A stretch of 47,295 nt of DNA from positions 1 through 47,295 of the forward strand of contig SLLM01000212.1 of NCBI GenBank assembly GCA_007134055.1, given 5' to 3'. Every line of letters starts with the position of its first letter. Positions within the stretch are counted from its first letter, which is position 1. This stretch comes from Ectothiorhodospiraceae bacterium (lineage in GTDB: Bacteria > Pseudomonadota > Gammaproteobacteria > Nitrococcales > Aquisalimonadaceae). Below, piece by piece: positions 42,389 through 47,295 of the stretch. The position numbers and the translations under genes are program-made. The notes under the pieces are model-generated. The model made no database searches, was not told the DNA's origin, and saw only the letters and a program-made list of their open reading frames with translations.

Positions 42389-42595
42389 AACAGCCTCCTT
42401 GCTGAGATTGACCCACCTTCGGTTGGGGGTCGTGGGTTCCGGCGGAGCACGTCCTGCGCACCCTCGAGACCAACGCTACCAAGGCCGCCCGGCAGCGGAA
42501 TGCGATCAAGCGCACAGATTGCGAGCAGCGTGGCGCGCCCCGATCCTCGCTGCGATATCTCAGCGGATCGGACCAATACCCCCGTATTGGACCCC

Positions 42596-42772
42596 GGTCG
42601 CGCGGAGGACATCACCGAGGCGTTGTGGGGCACGCGGGTCTCGCCGAGCACGGTGAGCGATCTCAACCAGAAGACCTCCACAGATCGACGCCTGGCGGAA
42701 TCGGCCGATTGAGGGCGAATTCCCGTACGTCACGCCATGTGCTCGCCTATTACGCGTTTCCGGGTTCACACA
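42596..42772 (+). mobile_element. IS256-family transposase remnant (frameshifted, internally deleted)
   Basis: EDITEALWGTRVSPSTVSDLNQK, then after a frameshift IDAWRNRPIEGEFPYV, then LAYYAFP from further along the transposase. Confidence 0.78.
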
Positions 42773-42985
42773 TGTGCCAGCCGGGCACGGCCAGGGCCCA
42801 ACAGGGTCCTGGCCTGATCGGGCATGGTTTCAAGCCCGGCTGCAACCATGCGATTCACCACGGTCCTGGCAAGAATGACAGTCAGTCTGCTTTCCGCAAG
42901 TGAGCAGTTCCCGCCGACCGGCTGTACCGGTACGCTGGTCATCAGGCGTCACGGAACCTGCGACAGCGCAAACGGGGAACTGGCA

Positions 42986-43465
42986 ATGCAATCAACTGCG
43001 GAAGAACGTCTTCGCTCGCTTGGTCTGGAACTTCCCGTAGTCACCAGACCAAGGGGCAGTTTCCGTCCCTACGTCACCTCAGGGTCCATGCTCTATCTAT
43101 CCGGCAAGGGGTTACCCCTGCGCGTAGACGGAGGCACCGTGCCGAAGGTAGGGGCGGAAATATCTGTCCAGCAGGCTCAGGCCCATGCTCAGGAGGTCGG
43201 CCTGTACCTTCTGGCGCTCATCAAGGAGGCGCTTGGAAGTTTCGAACGGGTACAGCGCGTCATCAAGGTTTTTGGCATGGTGAACGCCGACCCGAGCTTC
43301 ACTGCTCACACGGAAGTCATCAACGGCTGTTCCGACCTGTTTGTCGCAGTTCTTGGCGAGCGCGGGGAGCACGCCCGTTCCGCCATTGGCGTTGGCTCAT
43401 TGCCCAAGGGGTTTGCCGTGGAAATTGAAGCCATCGTTGAAATCTCGGGGCACAGTGACGGGTGA
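42986..43465 (+). CDS. RidA/YjgF family protein
   Basis: EERLRSLGLELP, VINGCSDL and GEHARSAIGV.SLP...AVEIE motifs. Confidence 0.9.
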   Translation: MQSTAEERLRSLGLELPVVTRPRGSFRPYVTSGSMLYLSGKGLPLRVDGGTVPKVGAEISVQQAQAHAQEVGLYLLALIKEALGSFERVQRVIKVFGMVNADPSFTAHTEVINGCSDLFVAVLGERGEHARSAIGVGSLPKGFAVEIEAIVEISGHSDG

Positions 43466-43615
43466 TCCTTTCATTGAGCAAACGCCTTTCCGTGGGCTGA
43501 CCTTTTCCGGTCAAACTGGCTACCTCTTCTTCATCTCCGCAGGAATGGATCCGCGAGGAGCCACTGAAGAGCGCGAGAATGGTGTTTTATACTGATCGTA
43601 CAACATGACGCACAG

Positions 43616-43773
43616 TACCGCCTGAATCTTCGTCCATTCGGAGGGATAGTCGGACTGATACTCGTTGACCATCCGTACCGCTCGTGCCCGGACCTCCGGG
43701 GAATATCTCGTCATCTTGCTCACGGCTCCATACTCTCAAGGTTTGGAGCCCCCGGGAATGCCTACTCGGTTCA
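43616..43773 (-). mobile_element. IS3-family left end plus truncated OrfA
   Basis: Terminal TGAACC... at 43773; GTG start MSKMTRYSPEVRARAVRMVNEYQSDYPSEW, after which similarity ends. Confidence 0.8.
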
Positions 43774-43926
43774 CGAACGCCACCTCTCAGGCACCTGTCA
43801 ATGGTCAATCAAGCCACCCCCCGTGTAGTCCAAGATTTCGTCCGCAACTCCGGGTAGGTTAATAAATTTGGCCACTCACACCCGGCAAACTCTACGCTTG
43901 GCAGTCTGCGACCCAGCCCCGGCCGC

Positions 43927-43963
43927 ACGTGATATATATTTCGATATATATTTCACGTAGAAT
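43927..43963 (+). promoter_or_regulatory. AT-rich repeat/palindrome, candidate operator next to a TAGAAT -10 element
   Basis: GATATATATTTC x2 (43931-43954) flanked by ACGTG/CACGT; TAGAAT at 43958. Confidence 0.55.
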
Positions 43964-44002
43964 GCTCGGCACAAGCAACTACAGCAACCACAGGGGGTTG
44001 GG

Positions 44003-44833
44003 ATGGAGGTCGCCAACAGTACGATGGGCGAGCGTCAGCGCTCTTATCGGGAGACCTACAGGTCGCGTATCACTGGGGGATACAACGGATACGTGCACGC
44101 TTTCCTTATCTTCGGAGTAGGATCGTTCGTAGTTTCCTTCTTCGCCATGAACCTGACGGAAGTCCTCTGGTGGGAGTGGCTGGCTGTTCCCGTGGTCTTT
44201 CTGGCCGCGCAGTGGATTGAGTACGTGTATCACCGCTTCTACGCGCACCGGCCGTCCAAATCGGCTTTCATGCGTTTGAGCTATGTTCGGCACACCTTGA
44301 TGCACCATCAGTTCTTTACCGCGGAGGAGCCCCGCTCTGCGAACCATAAGGACTGGAGGGTCACCCTCTTCCCCCCCTTCACCCTCGTCATCTTCACGCT
44401 CATGGCCTTGCCGCCCGCGTTGCTGGCCGGCTGGCTGCTATCGCCAAACGTGGGCTGGCTAATCATGGCGACGGCAATAGGCAGCTACATGTTCTATGAG
44501 CTGCTGCACCTTCTGTGTCACTGCGGGGACAACTGGTTTGTCCGGAACTGTCCCATCGTCAATACATCGAGAAGACATCACCTTGCGCATCACGATCCCG
44601 CCATCATGATGGAGGTGAACATGAGTATCGTTTTCCCCTTCTGGGACTGGGTCTACGGCACCTCCGATCTCAACCGTGGCCTGCTCGGGCACTTGTTCAA
44701 TGGCTACAACACCAAATATGTGAAGAAGGACCTCCGTCGCACAAAGAGGAGCCCGACCTTGCCACCCCATCTTCTCCCTCGCGCCGACGTCACGGACAAG
44801 GAAACGACCGGCTGGGCGGGTCAATCGCAATAG
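44003..44833 (+). CDS. Sterol desaturase / fatty acid hydroxylase family membrane di-iron enzyme
   Basis: His boxes HRFYAH, HTLMHH, HLLCH and HHLAHH; WDWVYGT. Confidence 0.9.
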   Translation: MEVANSTMGERQRSYRETYRSRITGGYNGYVHAFLIFGVGSFVVSFFAMNLTEVLWWEWLAVPVVFLAAQWIEYVYHRFYAHRPSKSAFMRLSYVRHTLMHHQFFTAEEPRSANHKDWRVTLFPPFTLVIFTLMALPPALLAGWLLSPNVGWLIMATAIGSYMFYELLHLLCHCGDNWFVRNCPIVNTSRRHHLAHHDPAIMMEVNMSIVFPFWDWVYGTSDLNRGLLGHLFNGYNTKYVKKDLRRTKRSPTLPPHLLPRADVTDKETTGWAGQSQ

Positions 44834-44846
44834 GGAGGGTTGATCG

Positions 44847-45044
44847 ATGCCAGTATCAAAAAAATTAGTGCTCTCGGTATTGCTGCTGCTCGCGGGAGGG
44901 GTTGGCTATGTGGTCGAGGTCAAGACCGGCAGGACTGATCTGCTCTGGTACTTGGCTGCGGCCGTTGCGGCACTGATGGTATCTCTGTGTGCGCTCTCGC
45001 CGGTGAGTAGCAACGACACCGGTAACAAGAAGGAGCGTTCATGA
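44847..45044 (+). CDS. Small 2-TM membrane protein
   Basis: GGGAGG RBS; two hydrophobic segments; ATGA overlap with the next gene. Confidence 0.6.
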   Translation: MPVSKKLVLSVLLLLAGGVGYVVEVKTGRTDLLWYLAAAVAALMVSLCALSPVSSNDTGNKKERS

Positions 45045-45376
45045 GTTCCGAGCTCGACAACAACAGGCCTCACGACCGCTACCTAGGCTACCGAACCATC
45101 GACGGGCTTGTGGTGACGGTCAACGGCAAGGCCCTTCCCCTGTACCGGGAACTCGCCGATTTCGCTGACGGGGAGATCGAGTGGGGCTACGAAGGCGATG
45201 CCCCCTTGCAGCTTGCGTTCGCGCTCGTGATGTCGCGCCGGTCTGACAAGGATCTGGCTCTTCGTATAGCCAAGCCCCTGATGGTCCATATCGTTTCTCA
45301 GATGGCCAACGAGTGGGAACTCTCTGGCGGGCAGCTTGACGAGATCATCGTAGCCTTACGGCATCATCGAACGTGA
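45041..45376 (+). CDS. DUF6166-like protein
   Basis: YLGYRTIDGLVVTVNG...EWGYEGDAPLQLAFAL motif; AAGGAG RBS. Confidence 0.7.
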   Translation: MSSELDNNRPHDRYLGYRTIDGLVVTVNGKALPLYRELADFADGEIEWGYEGDAPLQLAFALVMSRRSDKDLALRIAKPLMVHIVSQMANEWELSGGQLDEIIVALRHHRT

Positions 45377-45416
45377 CGCCGAAGCTGCCCCCGAGGAACG
45401 CCAGCGACTGGCCCCC

Positions 45417-46163
45417 GTGCCGGGGGGCGGGGCTGTGAGCGTGCTCCGTACCAGGTGGGGCGGCATCGAACTTGTTTCGGCTGGCGCAGGCGAGGTGTTC
45501 GTGCTCTTGCACGGCCTGCAGAGTTCGGCTTCTGTCTGGGATGGTGTGCTCGAGCATCTGTCCGGGGTGAGATCCCTCGCCGTAAATTTCCCGGGCCGCG
45601 GGGGGTCCGCACGTTGGGCACCGGAATTCGGGCCTATTCCCTCCTACTACACAGTGGACACCTTTACACGCGTATTGCGGGCGGTGGTGGAGAGCGTCGG
45701 GCGCGAAGTTTCCATCGTCGGGTGGAGCATGGGTGCCATGGTGGCACTCCATTATGTAGCCACGTACGGTGATGCCGGCGTCTCTCGCTTGTTCCTGTGC
45801 TCCGGTGCTACGCGAGTGGCAGGCCGGGTATCGACCTTTGCCGCCACCAGTTTCGAGGAGCTCGAGAGGGAGATCGAACAACGATCACGAAAGGCATCAC
45901 TGCCTGCTGCGGCCGATCCGCTTGCAGTCGCCTATACCTGGCTCTCGATGAGCAATTTCGACCTTCGCGGCCGCCTTGCTCAAGTGAGGGTTCCAACCAC
46001 CGTGATACATGGGACGCTCGACAAGGAATGCCCCTTTGAGGAGGCAGAGATCATGGCAGCTGAGATCTTCTCTGCCAGGCTCGTACCTCTGCCAGAGTGC
46101 GGCCACTTCATCCTCCGTGAGGCGCCGGGCACCGTGGCGCGTGCGATCCAGTGCACCCTTTGA
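45417..46163 (+). CDS. Alpha/beta hydrolase
   Basis: LLHG, GWSMG nucleophile elbow, HGTLD and CGH; start uncertain (45417 or 45435). Confidence 0.85.
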   Translation: MPGGGAVSVLRTRWGGIELVSAGAGEVFVLLHGLQSSASVWDGVLEHLSGVRSLAVNFPGRGGSARWAPEFGPIPSYYTVDTFTRVLRAVVESVGREVSIVGWSMGAMVALHYVATYGDAGVSRLFLCSGATRVAGRVSTFAATSFEELEREIEQRSRKASLPAAADPLAVAYTWLSMSNFDLRGRLAQVRVPTTVIHGTLDKECPFEEAEIMAAEIFSARLVPLPECGHFILREAPGTVARAIQCTL

Positions 46164-46239
46164 GCAACTGGCCTCGTCGACGCCAACGTTGCCGTGCCGG
46201 TTCTTGACTGGGGCCTCTTGTATGGCCTATAACCAATTT

Positions 46240-46269
46240 AGTTGCCACAACAACAGTTGCCACAACAAC
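46240..46269 (+). repeat. 15-bp tandem repeat AGTTGCCACAACAAC x2 downstream of a candidate promoter
   Basis: Exact duplication; TTGACT-N18-TATAAC at 46204-46233. Confidence 0.7.
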
Positions 46270-46496
46270 AAAAATTACGGCTGGCGGCATCGGCGGTCGC
46301 TGGGAACTACAACCGCTCGTACGCCGCGATGGCAGAGTCCTTGCCGCGCCAGTTTCGGCTGCCTGAGAGGTGGATGCCTGGCCGCACGAAGCTGATCCTT
46401 AGAACTGCCCAAGAAAGTGTGGATCTCGCAGATCACGTCGCCATGTTGCCACAGGGCACCCGACGACATAGCCAGTTCACAGAGAGAGGTGAAACA

Positions 46497-47246
46497 ATGC
46501 GGTTCAAGGACAGGGTGGCCCTAGTGACTGGTGGTGCAGGCGGCATCGGCGGGTGCACCTGTAGGTTGCTAGCGGCCGAGGGCGCGCGCATCGCGATCGC
46601 GGACTTGTTCGCTGACGACGGCGAGGCTTTGGCCCAGGAGATCCGCGACAGCGACGGAGACGCGATCTTCATTTCACTCGATGTTACAGACGAGCACGCG
46701 TGGGAGTCCGCTATGGAGACCGTTCGCTCTCGCTTTGGGCGGCTCGATATCCTCGTCAACAACGCTGGTATCAGCGGCGCCGTGCCGGACAAGATGGACC
46801 TGGAGTACTTTGACAAGCTTTGGGCCATCAATGGCCGCGGCACCTTCCTGGGGATGAGGGCGGCGCGCAAGGACCTTGCGACATCGGGCGGGGGCGTCAT
46901 CGTCAACATGTCGTCTGTTGCCGGCATCGTGGCTCACGAAGTGACACACATGGGGTACAACGCCGCCAAGGCCGGCGTCCGGCTTATGACCAAGTCCGCG
47001 GCGATCCAGTTTGCCCACGACGGGACGCGCGTGAACTCCGTGCATCCGGGCTGGATGACGCCCATGCGCACCTCCGTTGTCAGCTCGGACACGCGGCAGC
47101 GAGACCGATTGCTCGAGGTCGTGCCCATGCGTCGGGGAGGTACCGCCGAAGAGGCTGCCAAAGCCATCGTCTTTCTGGCTTCGGATGATGCGGCCTACAT
47201 CACCGGGAGCGAATTGGTGGTCGATGGCGGGATGTCGGCGCTCTAG
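46497..47246 (+). CDS. SDR family NAD(P)-dependent oxidoreductase
   Basis: TGGAGGIG, NNAGI, YNAAK and RVNSVHPG motifs; GAGGT RBS before ATG 46497. Confidence 0.93.
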   Translation: MRFKDRVALVTGGAGGIGGCTCRLLAAEGARIAIADLFADDGEALAQEIRDSDGDAIFISLDVTDEHAWESAMETVRSRFGRLDILVNNAGISGAVPDKMDLEYFDKLWAINGRGTFLGMRAARKDLATSGGGVIVNMSSVAGIVAHEVTHMGYNAAKAGVRLMTKSAAIQFAHDGTRVNSVHPGWMTPMRTSVVSSDTRQRDRLLEVVPMRRGGTAEEAAKAIVFLASDDAAYITGSELVVDGGMSAL

Positions 47247-47295
47247 GTCGGGGTCTTTTTCAGACTCTGCCTTTGCAAGGCGTAGCACGCCAACC

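Larger units (their letters stand above)
28132..47295. mobile_element. tRNA-Pro-associated accessory region / decayed genomic island (right boundary not seen)
   Basis: Core genes stop at the tRNA; an IS end lies 10 bp after the CCA; several IS and gene remnants and accessory genes follow. No integrase or tRNA 3' repeat was seen. Confidence 0.6.

Noticed and set aside
43796-43850. TGTCAATGG... resembling an IS21-type terminal repeat
   Set aside because: No partner repeat or transposase, and the resemblance is too weak without a database search.
46300-46460. Possible ABC ATPase remnant (ESVDLADHVAMLPQG) in frame upstream of the SDR
   Set aside because: Too short and degenerate to support.
28132-47295. 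Integrase gene or tRNA 3'-end direct repeat (attR)
   Set aside because: None was found by eye; either may lie beyond the window.

Overview
High-GC gammaproteobacterial chromosome segment, probably a halophilic Ectothiorhodospiraceae-like organism (inferred from gene order and very acidic exported proteins). Bases 1-28131 are mostly core genome: the end of an S8 protease with a CFI-box tail, an AEC transporter, a PmtA-like methyltransferase, a class III aminotransferase, a tartrate/isopropylmalate dehydrogenase, sufT, a GNAT, a glycine-zipper/PepSY/PhoP/PhoQ-like operon with a PhoP-type box, gshA, an ABC ATPase/FtsX/CrtC-like trio, murJ-ribF-ileS-lspA-ispH, rpsT, rplU-rpmA-obgE-proB, ispB and tRNA-Pro(CGG). 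From the tRNA to the window end is an accessory, decaying island with IS481, IS256 and IS3 remnants. The most notable items are: (1) a divergent locus with an ECF sigma factor, a zinc anti-sigma, two paralogous ArsM-like methyltransferases lacking two canonical Cys (one fused to a MerC-like membrane domain), a secreted cupin and a DedA/VTT-like protein; (2) an orphan 77-aa split-borosin-precursor-like (SonA/LigA-fold) gene plus a second, internally deleted, inverted 45-aa copy missed by the ORF track; (3) a chimeric MshEN-GGDEF reading frame. All family calls come from motifs recognised by eye; no searches were run.
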